Positions 1 to 10,706 of a stretch of 64,000 nucleotides of DNA are shown here, one piece after another (the first letter of the stretch is position 1; each line of letters opens with the position of its first letter). Location: contig CM069162.1 of NCBI GenBank assembly GCA_035221665.1, positions 31,868,001 to 31,932,000 of the forward strand, given 5' to 3'. This DNA is from Okamejei kenojei (lineage: Eukaryota). A program made the translations under genes and the position numbers. Under the pieces are notes generated by a model. It was not told the origin of the DNA. It searched no databases and saw nothing but the letters and a program-made list of their open reading frames with translations.

Positions 1-24
1 GAGTGAGTAATCAATTTGGGATGT

Positions 25-300
25 TTCCCAATCGCCATCCATGGTTGTTGTACAACCATCGGGTACCATGGTTGTGTAGGCCAGTCGGGAATGATCAATA
101 TGTCAGTTGCAGAGTCTAGTTTAATTTTCTGCAATACCCGACTGGTGAGGCAGCATGGGGGAAATGCGTAGCAACCCATTTCCCCCAATGGATAAAAATG
201 CATCCAATGCTATTACCCCAGGGTCTGGTTCCCACAACACATACGTTGGTATTCGATGGTTCAGCCTGGACGCAAATAGGTCAATATCTGGTGTCCCCAA
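25..300 (-). pseudogene. DIRS DNA N6-adenine methyltransferase-like (MT) domain remnant
   Basis: Minus strand reads LGTPDIDLFASRLNHRIPTYVLWEPDPGVIALDAF, then after a frameshift CYAFPPCCLTSRVLQKIKLDSATDILIIPDWPTQPWYP. DLFAS, YAFPP and P.WP..PW are hallmark motifs of the DIRS1-group MT domain. Confidence 0.85.
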
Positions 301-339
301 TGTGAGCTATAATATCTCCAAAATCTGGGGGTTCAACAT

Positions 340-724
340 CCACTCAATGTTGTCATTGAATACACGTGACCTGGTGTCCGCCACTGAATTAAGCTTCCCA
401 GGCAAATAGGTCGCAGTAATCCAAATATTTCTTTCAATGCACCAGTGCCAAATTGTATTAGCCAATTCATTGCAAACTAGCGACCTAATACTACCCATAT
501 GATTGATGTAAACCATTATTGTAGCATTATCTATTCGAAAGCGGACATGTAATCCCATGAATTAGTACAGAAGCCCGCAGTCCATGAAACACCCCCAGCA
601 TTTCTATATAGTTTATCCCATGTGACTCCAGGAATGTAGACTCATGAGAGTTCCATCTGCCACCACAACTGGACATCGTACCAGTTGCTCCCCAGCCTGG
701 TGCACTTGCGTCAGTTAGTAGCAC
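340..724 (-). pseudogene. DIRS RNase H domain remnant (frameshifted)
   Basis: ORF 527..724 (LLTDASAPGWGA...INYIEM) and ORF 307..558 (IDNATIMVYINHMG...IWHWCIERNIWITATYLPGKLNSVADTRSR) match the DIRS-type RNase H pattern. Confidence 0.9.
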
Positions 725-3237
725 AACATCAGGGTTGCTCCCTATAATAGGTCAATGACACTCTTTAATATTATCTACCCACCATTATAGCTTGTTTCTA
801 GCTTCCGGTGGTAACCAAAGTGGCCGATCAACGCAGCCAGCATTTGTTTTTTAAATGCTGTGATTTGTGACCTTTGTGAATTTCGGTAGTGTAGCGGTCC
901 GAATCGTGCAGCTGGGAATGTAGTTACCAATTTAGAGTTACCAATACCAATAACTTTCGCTGTTTTGCCACATGGTCGATACCCTGGCGCAAGCAAGATT
1001 GTGGCACTCTTCTGATATAGCAGTAGCTTTATTAGTTGGGATGATAAACTTCATTAAATTAGTGTCTAAGGTGAACACCAAATCCATAACCCGTAGCGGG
1101 TGCAGTTTTTGATTTGTCTGGATGGATTACAATCCCAGTTTCTCAAGCAGAGCCTTGGTTGCAGCCACTCCTTGAATTGCCAATTGGAGGGTCTGCCCCA
1201 TTATAAGGATTTCATCCAACATGCCATCACTATAATCTTGTTGTCGGAGAAGAGCCAATACAGGTAAATACCAACTTGGTAAACAGCCTAAGCTGTGATG
1301 GTTCCATTAGGCAATGCACCCTTCCAGACAACTTCAGAATTCCCTGTGAGCCTCAGCGATGGGCACCGTATAGCATGCTTCTTTCAAACTGATACATGCC
1401 ATAAAGTACCCTGAGTAAAGCTTCCACCTAGCTGTTCCAAAAACATCCATTTTGACATGGGTATATTGTACAAAAGTGTTCAACTCAGCTAAATCGATTA
1501 TAACTCAATATGTCCATGCTTGGTTATGCCAATTACCACTTTTCCCTGCTCGCCATATAATTTCAGCATGCCCTGCCTCCACCTCTTTTTCGGGATAGAG
1601 TAAATTCCTACGAGGCGAATGCTGGGTATGGGAATCTATACCTCCCAAGAATTATATACCCTTGAACACTTTGTAAAATAAACTCATCTGTGGTTACAGT
1701 TTTCCCCATATGTCCAAGGCCGCCCGCAATCGCCCACCTATTCGTACAGGAGGGATACTACGGCGTGAGAGGAGCCAGACCCCCTTACCTCCATAGTGAA
1801 CGGCGGTTCCATACATACGGTGCTTCGGGTGGACGTTATGGAGGTCGGTAGAATCTTTGTGCCCTATCCGGCAGCCTTGGTTCACTGGTTGTATTAGGCT
1901 GTTGCCGGTGATATGGGTGAACTCTGACCGATGGAGTTTCATGAGGCCCACTGTTTTGGCCTCCTTTGTCCAGTCCCTTCACCTGTTTGTACAGGTCTCC
2001 AAGCAACTGATGCGGCGGTGGAGCGGTAATGGTCGGCACAACCCCGCGAATTTGGGGTTTTAGTGTGGGCTATATGGAGCTCTTACGCAGGCAATATATC
2101 TCATACTGGGCGTTGCATAGGAGTGCTAGCGCATCATGCTATTTACTGGACACATTATCCCCGATCAGGGTTTTCCAGAACGCCGTTATGCCCGTGGAGA
2201 ACCTTTCTCCAAGGTATTATTGAGAATCTGACTCCAGAGTTGGGCATACGTAGGCAATCAATGGTGCCCGCCAATTCGTGGTGCAGGGTTCACCTGTCTG
2301 GGTAGAAACGGCAAACTTCACTCACCACATCCAGCATCCTCCTCATGCTCTGGTTCAGCGGTCACTGGCTGTCCCTGGTCGTCGTCAAACTCAGCAGCTG
2401 GGCAATCATTAATGCTTCTGGCTGGAGACGATGAGGAGCTGAGCGGAGTCCTTGCACGGCTAGTGGATGCCGTTCTTCTCGTTCTTGGTCCCGATGGAGA
2501 TGTTGGACCATTTAAGAGCTCCAACCGCTCAATGCGACCGTCCCTGCTATATGCAGCGGACAAGCCGACTTCCCCAGGCCCTGCGAATTCACTGGGGCTT
2601 CCACCATCGGACCTCACCCCCTTAGGGTCTATGGTCCAATGGCAGGTCGTCGTGACCTACAGCCCAAGTAGGGTCATACGACTCCCGCACCGACTCTCCG
2701 CTAGTCTGTCTTCTCCCAGACTGTGGCGGCCCACCTGGCTGATAAGAAGGCAGGTGAGTTGACTCGGCGCCGTCCCCGGAACCTGGCTCCCCGGAGTCCG
2801 TGCAGGCTTACCTCCACACTTACACCATTACTTGGCGTGGAGGCGCATGGTCGGCCGCTCGCTGACCGACCGCTTCCTGCTGCCACCTCCGCCCTTGACC
2901 GCAGCCTGACGGGGTGTGTTGTCGGCGGTATCTGCTCCAGCAGGCCTACACGACGCAGCAGTGTTATGCCCGGGCTGCACGATGGCAGATATCCCTGGCT
3001 GCAGTACGCAATGCACTTTGCAGGGCTCCCCTGTCGTGCGGCTGTCCCCCGGCCCAGCCCCCTCGGGTCTACTGGAGCTCGGGGAGAGGTTGCCTGTAAA
3101 AGAAAAACAAGACCCCTTGCCACGTACCTGTATCCCCCCTTATTCTCTTGGGGGACGGGGGGCTCGGAGTCTGGACCTGTTGCTTGCAGCTCCGTAGCGG
3201 TAACCCATTCGGGTGAGTCGGCCCCTGTATTAGCGGG

Positions 3238-3445
3238 AGCGCCCGACTCTGCATTCCAGCCCCCACCGTTGCGATAAAGCTGCCGGCGTTCCGTGCAGCT
3301 CCGGGGACAAGGGCCGTCGGCTGGCCGCAGCTCAGCTCCGCGCCCGACTTCCTCATTCCTGCCCCCACCGTTGCGTTAAGCTGCCGGCGTTCCGTGCAGC
3401 TCCGGGGACAGGGCCGTCGGCTTATCGCAGCACAACTCAGCTCCC
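3238..3445. repeat. ~100-bp tandem duplication inside the DIRS gag/leader
   Basis: gcgcccgact...gcccccaccgttgcg...aagctgccggcgttccgtgcagctccggggaca...gggccgtcggct occurs twice in tandem (starting ~3239 and ~3340). Confidence 0.85.
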
Positions 3446-3644
3446 CGACAGCGTCGTCCTGCGGCCCTTGTCCATGCTGTAAAGGAAGGTAATACTCACC
3501 TGCCGGTCTTGTGAAGGAGGCCGGTGGGGAGAGCGCACTCCCCCCCCCAGCTGCCGCTGCAAATGCGCGCGACGATATGCTGCGCAAGCGTGCTGGCGGG
3601 TTCTTCACGAAGTCACTCACGTGACTCCGAAGTAAAATTAAGAT

Positions 3645-3915
3645 CTGTGGAGGAAGGAACTGCAGATGCTGGTTTAAACCGAAGATAAACACAAAGTGCT
3701 GGAGTAACTCAGCGGGACAGGCAGCATGTCTGGAGAGAAGGAATGGGTGACGTTTCGGGTCAAGACCGTTCTTCAGACTGGTTAGGGATAAGGGAAACAA
3801 GAGATACAGATGATGATGTAGAGATGATGTAGAGAGATAATGAAAGATATGCAAAAAAAGTAACGATGATAAAGGAAACAGGTCATTGTTAGCTGTTTGT
3901 TGGGTGAGAACGAGA
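3645..3915 (-). mobile_element. Penelope-like element pLTR fragment (subfamily A) with hammerhead core
   Basis: ggaaggaactgcagatgctggtttaaaccgaag...gacgtttcgggtcaagaccgttcttcagac; same family as copies attached to a PLE GIY-YIG ORF end elsewhere in the window. Confidence 0.8.
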
Positions 3916-4160
3916 AGCGAGCTGCTTGTTACGGATATGAGCCCAACACAGGCAGGTAGAACTAGTGTAGCTGGGGCATGCTGGTTGGCATGGGCCAGTT
4001 GGGCCGAAGAGTCTTTATCCATGCTTTGTGACTTCCATATACCCAGTAATCTTGATATTGCTCCTATATTGAGTCCCATGGCAGAGCAGAGATGTGCTGA
4101 CTTCCCCAGCAGTTGCATTGGGGAGATTGTGTACACACTTAATCTCTGCCAACTATGGCC

Positions 4161-4254
4161 GACTGAAGAAGGGTTTCAGCCCGAAACGTTGCCTTTCTCC
4201 TTCGCTCCATAGATGCTGCTGCACCCGCTGAGTTTCTCCAGCACTTTGTGTACC
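4161..4254 (+). mobile_element. 94-bp Penelope pLTR insertion (subfamily B) starting at the hammerhead core, 17-bp TSD
   Basis: ctctgccaactatggcc flanks it at 4144-4160 and 4255-4271; the insert begins gactgaagaagggtttcagcccgaaacgttg. Confidence 0.85.
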
Positions 4255-4527
4255 CTCTGCCAACTATGGCCTGTCAACCCATTCAACTTACAACATTCCA
4301 CAGACTCACCACCGTCTGCTAAAAGAAAATCCTCCTCATCTCATTCCTAAAGGTACTTATTTTAATTCTAAGGCTGTGCCCTCTAGTCCTAGACTCCGCC
4401 ACTAGTGGAAACATCCTCTCCACATCCACTCTATCCAGGCCTCTCACTATTCGGTAAGTTTCCATCATATGACAGCATGGTCACTTTAACGCAGCTGTCA
4501 CTGCCATGGTCTAGATCTTGGCATGGT

Positions 4528-4590
4528 TAAGGGGGGGATGGATGGGGAAGGGGGGGTGGGGGGGAATGGGGGGGGGAGGGGAATGGGGAG
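4528..4590 (+). repeat. G-rich low-complexity tract (G-quadruplex potential)
   Basis: Many runs of 4 or more G separated by short a/t loops. Confidence 0.7.
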
Positions 4591-4944
4591 AACCCTAGAC
4601 AGGACTCCTCCAACATGTCTCTGAGCTCCTGATGAATACCTCGGCCTGTATGTCCACTCATGCGGTTCTCAAAGCACTGATTTCCCGATTGTGACTGAAC
4701 GGCTCTGGATAATGGTTAATATTCCTATTAATGTTACCCCTGCAAGCTGAAGCGTCACGTTAGAGCAACTTCAAGTGTGCAGCCTGAGGTGTACGTTGGC
4801 AGTGCGATGATGCATGCCATCACTAATATAATTGGATATAAAAATAATTTTAACACGGTGTGCATGTAACTCGAGCCATGCAGAAGTGTTTGGTGAAGGG
4901 CTTCTTTATTCACTCACTCTGGTGTATGGCAGGTGAAGTCAGAA

Positions 4945-5672
4945 GGTCATATAGCGGTCGAATCAGGCCATTTGGCCCATCAAATCATGGCTGATCTAAT
5001 CTCTCCCTCCTAACCCCATTCTCCTGCCATATAACAATTACAGCACGGAGACAGGCCCTCTCGGCCCTTCCAGTCCGTGCCGACCATTTGTTTTCCCCTA
5101 GTTCCATCTACCTGCACTCAGACCGTACCCCTCCATTCCCTTCACGTCCATATACCTATCCACTTTACTTTTAAATGTTAAAATCGATCCTGCCTCCACC
5201 ACCTCTGCTGGAAGCTCATTCCACACAGCCACCACCCTCTGAGTAAAGAAGTTCCCCCTCACGTTACCCCTAAACTTCTGTCCCTTAATTCTCATGTCAT
5301 GCCCTCTTGTTTGAATCTTCCCTACCCTTAATGGGAAAAGCTTATCCACGTCAACTCTGTCTATCCCTTTCATCATTGTAAAGACCTCAATCAAGTCCCC
5401 CCTTAACCTTCTGCGCTCCAAAGAATAAAGACCTAACTTGTTCAACCTTTCTCTGTAACATAGTTGCTGGAACCCTGGCAACATTCTAGTAAAATGCCTT
5501 CTCCTCATAACCTCTGACACACGTACTAATCAAGACTCTATCTATCTCTGCGTAAAGATATCCACTGACTTGGACTCCACAGCTGTCTATGGCAAAGAAT
5601 TCCACAGATTCACCACCCTCTGACTAAAGAGATTTCTCCTCATCTCATTCCTAAAAGAACGTCCTTTAATTC
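4945..5672 (-). mobile_element. Nested CR1-clade LINE 3' fragments (one CR1, ~5030-5495, inside another)
   Basis: ORF 5098..5520: LGLYSLERRRLRGDLIEVF...TRGH...FFTQRVVAVWNELP, the classic CR1 RT C-terminus. A second CR1 3'UTR is split around it. Confidence 0.88.
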
Positions 5673-7054
5673 TGTTTAAGAAAGAACTGCAGATGCTGGT
5701 CAATCGAAGGTAGACAGAAATGCTGGAGAGACTCAGCGGGTGAGGCGGCATCTGTGCTGAGTTTCTCCAACGTTATTCCCGTCCATCCTTTAATTCTGAG
5801 CGTGATACACGGTGCCCGTACTGTAAGAATGGTTTATTTCCCCGGGACTCTGCTGCTTTTCCCACAGAACATTCCAGACCCTTAAATCAGAACGGGAATC
5901 GTAAACCGACTAATTAACACTGCACTAACGTTAGGACGGCACGGTGGCGCAGCTGTATCTTCAAACTGAACTAAAGTAAGCCTATAGGAAGGAACTGCAG
6001 ATGCTGGTTTAAATGGAAGATAGACACAAAATGCTGGAGTAACTCAGTGGGACAGGCAGCATCTGTGGAGAGAAGGAGTGGGTCTGCAGGACATAAACCT
6101 GTAGGATCCCTGCATGGGCAGCTCATCACTCAACACCTAACGTGAGTGGGGAATTGGGCAGAGATGGTGGTGACCTTGTCAGCCACTGGCACTGCCACCC
6201 ATCACTGCTAGTTGGCTGCAGGAGCCGATGCCACAGATGGAGTATCCTTGCCCTGCTAACCCAGAACAAACCGTGACAGTTGTCCTTTGTCACGAGCAGA
6301 GAGGAGAGCCAAAAGCCGCAGATGTGTTGGGGCCTCTGATGCTCCCCGGCATCTCTTCCTTCTTCTTGTAACCACCTCATCCGTGAAATGTCACGTCGGA
6401 GCCAGTTCCAAATTCCAAGCTCACCTGGGGAGTGAAAAGTGAAAGAAACACCACTAATAAGTGCTTCATAAATATTGAAAATTCCACAACAATGCAGACG
6501 CATCTCACTGCAATAATGGTGCATTAAAATCATGAAATGTATTACAATACTGGAATTGTGTGGCAAGCATTGTAAGAGAAAAGCAATTAGCTTTCCTTCC
6601 TCCCTTTCCAGACAGTCACTCAGAAGGGAAAACAAAACACAAAACCTGGCACATTCGCTGCTCCATAGTTTATTTCAATCATTTCGCATTAAATCTGGGT
6701 CCAGAATGAGTTGGTTAAATGGGCACAGGTTCCTCTGATCACCGAGCGCTGAAGGTGCTGAGAGTCTGACTGCATCAGACGCCAGCACAAGACATCTGCT
6801 TCTGAATCTGCCCATCCCTCCCTTGGTGTGGGAGACTTGCTGAAGCAGCCGGCAGATCAGCTTTCATCTGGTGTCCTGGTTTAGCCTTCATTATTAGGAG
6901 GGCAGGTTCCCACTGAGCCCAGCCCGCCACTGGTTCACAAGGCAGCGAGCGGGAGGTGAAAGGGCAGATGCCCTAACATGGGGGCGGTGAACACTCATGC
7001 TCACTATTTGCTGCCTGAAAAACTGCAAAGGGTTAGATTCATGAGCACACGGCT

Positions 7055-7362
7055 TAGCTTAGTCTAGGTTAGTTGATGCTGCGCGGAAACAGGCCCTTCG
7101 GCCCACCGAGTCCGCACTGACCAGCGATCCCCGCACATTAACACTATCCTACACACACTAGGGACAGTTTACACTCATACCAAACCAATTTACCTACATG
7201 CCTGCACGTCTTTGGAGTGTGGGGGGAAACCGAAGATCTCGGAAAAAACCCACGCGGTCACATACAAGCTCCGTCCAGACGGCACCTGTAGTCGGGATTG
7301 AACCCGGGTGTCCGGTGCTGCAAGCGTTGCAAGGCAGCAACTCTCCCGCTGTGCTACCCGTC
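7055..7362 (-). mobile_element. HE1-type tRNA-derived V-SINE
   Basis: Reverse complement has a tRNA-like head with B box (ggttcaatcc), the central V-domain (tgggttttttccgagatcttcggtttcc) and the CR1-shared tail gggccgaagggcctgtttccgcgc. Confidence 0.85.
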
Positions 7363-7462
7363 ACGGTGGTGGTGAAGGCCTATGGCGCGCTTGCCCGCAT
7401 TGCTAGGGGCATTGAACATACGAGTTAGCAAGTCATGATGCAGTTCTATAAGACTCCAAAGG

Positions 7463-7692
7463 TTGGCACGGTGGCGCAGCGGTAGAGTAGCTGCCTCACA
7501 GCGCCAGAGATCCGGGTTCAATCCTGACTACGGTTGCTGTCTGTATGGAGTTTGTACGTTCTCCCTGTGACTGTGTGGGTTTTCTCCGGGTGCTCCAGTT
7601 TCCTCCCTCACTCCAATGACGTACTGTACAGGTTTGTGGGTTATTTAGTTTCTGTAAATTGTTCCTCATGTGTAGGATAGAACTAGTGTACA
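7463..7692 (+). mobile_element. HE1-type V-SINE (3' truncated), head-to-head with the previous copy
   Basis: A box tggcgcagcgg, B box ggttcaatcc, V-domain gtttgtacgttctccctgtgactgtgtgggttttctccgggtgctcc. Confidence 0.88.
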
Positions 7693-7749
7693 ATCATGTT
7701 GCCACCTGCAAATGTAGTCGCTCGGCAGTAACCAGACGCCCTGCCAAAT

Positions 7750-7975
7750 GTTCAAGAAGGAACTGCAGATGCTGGAAAATCGAATGTATTCAAAAATGCT
7801 GGAGAAACTCAGCGGGTGAGGCAGCATCTGTGGAGCGAAGGAAATAGGCAATGTTTCGGGTCGAAACCCTTCTTTAGACCCAATTGAAACGTTGCCAGAA
7901 CGTTTCCCAGAAACGTTGTCTATTTCCTTCGCTCCATAGATGCTGCTGCACCCGCTGAGTTTCTCCAGCATTTTT
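7750..7975. mobile_element. Penelope pLTR (subfamily B) with inverted arms
   Basis: aaatgctggagaaactcagcgggtg...ggagcgaaggaaatagg is followed by its reverse complement ctatttccttcgctcc...cacccgctgagtttctccagcattt. Confidence 0.8.
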
Positions 7976-8589
7976 ATCTGCCCAGACTAATTTGTCTTCA
8001 CTTGACCCAGTTATAGACTCCCAACAATAGACAGGCAAGTGATGTTAGACCAATCCGTCATAGAAGTTCTCTGGACAACCACCTTTATTTACGGAACCAT
8101 TTTGGGATCTTGGCCGAGCGTAGCGGAGATTATCTGCAGCAACACACTTGTGGCAGCGAATCTAACTCAGGTCTGAAATCTCGGCTGATCATTTGCCGTG
8201 TGTCCGTATCTTCTCCCATCTCTTCTGAAGTAGAAAACCCTGCTGTATAATTTCTTAATATTGTAGACTTGACAGTATCATCCATCTTGTCAGTTTGAAA
8301 GGTCACTCTCCAGTTCCTGCAATGCCTAATCTGCACTGGCTTTTACAAGCCGATCCTGCCACTGTTCAAGACGGCTCTCTTCATCAAATTAAATTGCACG
8401 TTTTTTATAAACTCTGATCATTAGGTTGGAAAAGGTCTCCAGACATCACGCTTTGAATGTGTCCATGTAGGAAGGAACTACAGATGCTGGTTTAAACCAA
8501 AGACAGACACAAAATGCTGGAGTAACTCAGCAGGACAGGTAGCATCTCTGGAGAGAAGGGCTGGGTGACGTTTCGGGTCGAGAGCCTTA

Positions 8590-8902
8590 AGGGCCTGTCC
8601 CACTTACGCGACTTTTTCGGCAACTGCCGGCACCCGTCATAGGTCGGCAAAAATGTTCAACATGTTGAAAATCCAGCGGCGACCAGAAAGATGCCACGAC
8701 TCTTTTGGGTGACTAGGAGACGACTCACGACCATACAGGCGACATGTCGCGGGGTGAAGCCTGTATGGACGTGAGTCGTCGTCTAAAGAGTCATACCTTG
8801 TTCTGGTCGCCGCTGGATTTTCAACATGTTGAAATTTCTTGCCGGCCTGTAACGACCTATGACGGCAGTCGCCGAGAAAGACGCGTAAGTTGGACAGGCC
8901 CT
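8590..8902. mobile_element. PIF/Harbinger-like MITE with long imperfect palindrome
   Basis: TIR agggcctgtcccacttacgcg...cgcgtaagttggacaggccct; TTA on both sides (8587-8589, 8903-8905); internal inverted blocks (ttcaacatgttgaaaatccagcggcgaccag); no coding capacity. Confidence 0.75.
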
Positions 8903-8979
8903 TTAGAATATTGCTGCTTTAGTCTCATTTTCATGCCAGTTTCTTCCTTAAATATATCTCCTTTTTTTTCCTTGGATTG

Positions 8980-9299
8980 AGTTTAGTTTAGATTAATTTT
9001 GTTTAGTTTAGAGATACAATGCGGAAACAGGCCCTTCGGCCCACCGAGGCCACGTCGACCAGCGATCCCCGCACACTTACACTATCCTACACACTAGGGA
9101 CAATTTTACACTTATATCCAAGCCAATTAGCCAACAAACCTGCACGTCTTTGGAGTGTGGGAGGAAACCGAAGATCTCGGAGAAAACCCACACAGGTCAT
9201 GGAGAGAACGTACAAACTCCGTACAGACAGCACCCGTGGTCAGGATCGAACCCGGGTCTCTGGCGCTGTGAGGCAGCAACTCTACCGCTGCGCCACCCT
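8980..9299 (-). mobile_element. Full-length HE1-type V-SINE
   Basis: (gttta)n tail, CR1-like tail, V-domain, B box and A box (ccgctgcgccacc) all present on the minus strand. Confidence 0.9.
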
Positions 9300-9934
9300 C
9301 TACTGATTTTCCAGACCTCTTCTCTGTGTGGGCAGCTTCAATAGTTTAGTCAGCCACGGGTGATATCACAGATGAACCCAATCCCATCTAAAGACAAACT
9401 CCACGTATTGGATCGTGATGAGAGGCTGTAACCTCTGAGCAGAATTTATTCTTCCCTGGCCGGCCCAGGACTACTGAAGCCATTTATTGGGCCCCACTTT
9501 GCTCACTTTAGTTATTCAATCATGGCCTTCCTAACCTCCACACAAAACACAGCATTACCCAGCTCGCTGGCGCTCCAAGTCATTATTCCTGGCAGGTGTA
9601 AGGAGGGGGACTCCGTGACTCGTGACTCCGGCACGTTGTAATTGTATTGACATCTTGGGAGAAATGTCAGCCTTTTACTGCTCTCTTCACACAAACTCCA
9701 TTTTCAATTTCTCCTGTCCATCTACATTTTACCAATATCACTCCTGTCAATGCTCCTTTGCAATTTTCTTCCCTGTCTTTATTGAACTCCACTATAGTCT
9801 GCGATGTTCCTGGATGCCATTGTGGGTAATGTCACTTTCCTCACTCAGTCTTGTGCAGTAAGTCTATTTCCACCAAGCTTCAGACCTGCAGAAATTCTTA
9901 TCAGTTTTCTCAACCACTTATAGTTCTTAGATAG

Positions 9935-10131
9935 AACACAAAAGGCTGGAAGGGAGACAAAAAAGCTGGAGTAACTCAGCGGGACAGGCAGCATCTCTGG
10001 AGAGAAGGAATGGGTGACGTTCCGGGTTGGTTCGGTGCCTTCGTTCCAGAGATGCTGCCTGTCCCGCTGAGTTGCCCCAGCGTTTTGTGTCTATCTTCTG
10101 TTTAAACCAGCATCTGCAGTTCCTTCCTACT
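9935..10131. mobile_element. Penelope pLTR (subfamily A) with inverted arms
   Basis: gctggagtaactcagcgggacaggcagcatctctgga is followed by its reverse complement, ending ttccttcctac. Confidence 0.8.
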
Positions 10132-10297
10132 TATGGCCCACAGTTTCTGCTAGTGTAGGGGGGAGATTAACGGCAATTCGAAGGCTTTGGTTCCCAACTA
10201 AAACGCAGTGTTTGATGCAACAATATGTCAGGAGTCATGCCTCATCATGTTACCAACTCTTAAAATGTCATGGCATTATAGACATCCCAAGTTTTAC

Positions 10298-10706
10298 TGT
10301 GTAGGAGAAACTGCAGATGCTGGTTTAAACCAAAGATAGATGCATAAAACTGGAGTAACACAGCAGGGTCAGACAACCTAGCCTAATGAATATTGATTTC
10401 TCTAACTTCAAGTAATCCTTGTATCTCCTCTCTCTCCATCCCACCCCCACCCTAGTCATTGTACTAGTTTCACTGTCGTCCTGACGAGTCTGTAACTAAT
10501 TTTCACCTAGGCCTGGTTCCTTTGCTATCGTTACTTTTTTGCATATCTTTCATTCACTTGTTCTATACCTCTCTGCATCACCGTCTATATCTCTCGTCTC
10601 CCTTGCCCCTGACTCTCGGTCTGAAGAAGGGTCTCGACCCGAAAGGTCACCCATTCCTTTTCTCCAGAGATGCTGCCTGTCCCGTTGAGTTACTCCAGCT
10701 TTTTAT
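10298..10706 (+). mobile_element. Penelope 3' end: ORF terminus, pLTR with hammerhead core, and inverted arm upstream
   Basis: caacctagcctaatgaatattgatttctctaacttcaagtaa = QPSLMNIDFSNFK* (PLE GIY-YIG C-terminus); ctgaagaagggtctcgacccgaaaggtc at 10621-10648. Confidence 0.82.

Larger units (their letters stand above)
1..3638 (-). mobile_element. Degenerate DIRS-type (tyrosine-recombinase group) retrotransposon, 5' part; continues beyond the left edge of the window
   Basis: Minus-strand translation gives DIRS pol motifs in the canonical order: IGGRLRAALDIW (~1700-1745); RT-like VIIDLAELNTFVQYTHVKM, YFMACISLKEACYTVPI, ALPNG and a decayed YLDD-like LDEILIMG (~1200-1510); RNase H; then a methyltransferase domain. 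A GC-rich gag/leader lies at ~2050-3638. Many frameshifts. Confidence 0.88.

Noticed and set aside
2701-3277. Overlapping 140-184-aa ORFs on both strands
   Set aside because: GC-rich DIRS gag/leader region with few stops; no recognisable host protein.
3069-4136. 355-aa minus-strand ORF
   Set aside because: It runs across a CR1 tail, a Penelope pLTR and the DIRS leader; a chance read-through of unrelated repeats.
6126-6635. 169-aa minus-strand ORF as a host gene
   Set aside because: Non-ATG start and no recognisable domain; only the splice-like signal inside it is kept as a finding.
7463-7540. tRNA gene (and similar heads elsewhere)
   Set aside because: A and B boxes belong to tRNA-derived SINE heads that continue into the V-domain; no complete cloverleaf.
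9798-9863. Possible 60-nt plus-strand exon (tag|...GCA|gtaagt)
   Set aside because: Pyrimidine tract is separated from the AG and no peptide is recognisable; expected by chance in 64 kb.
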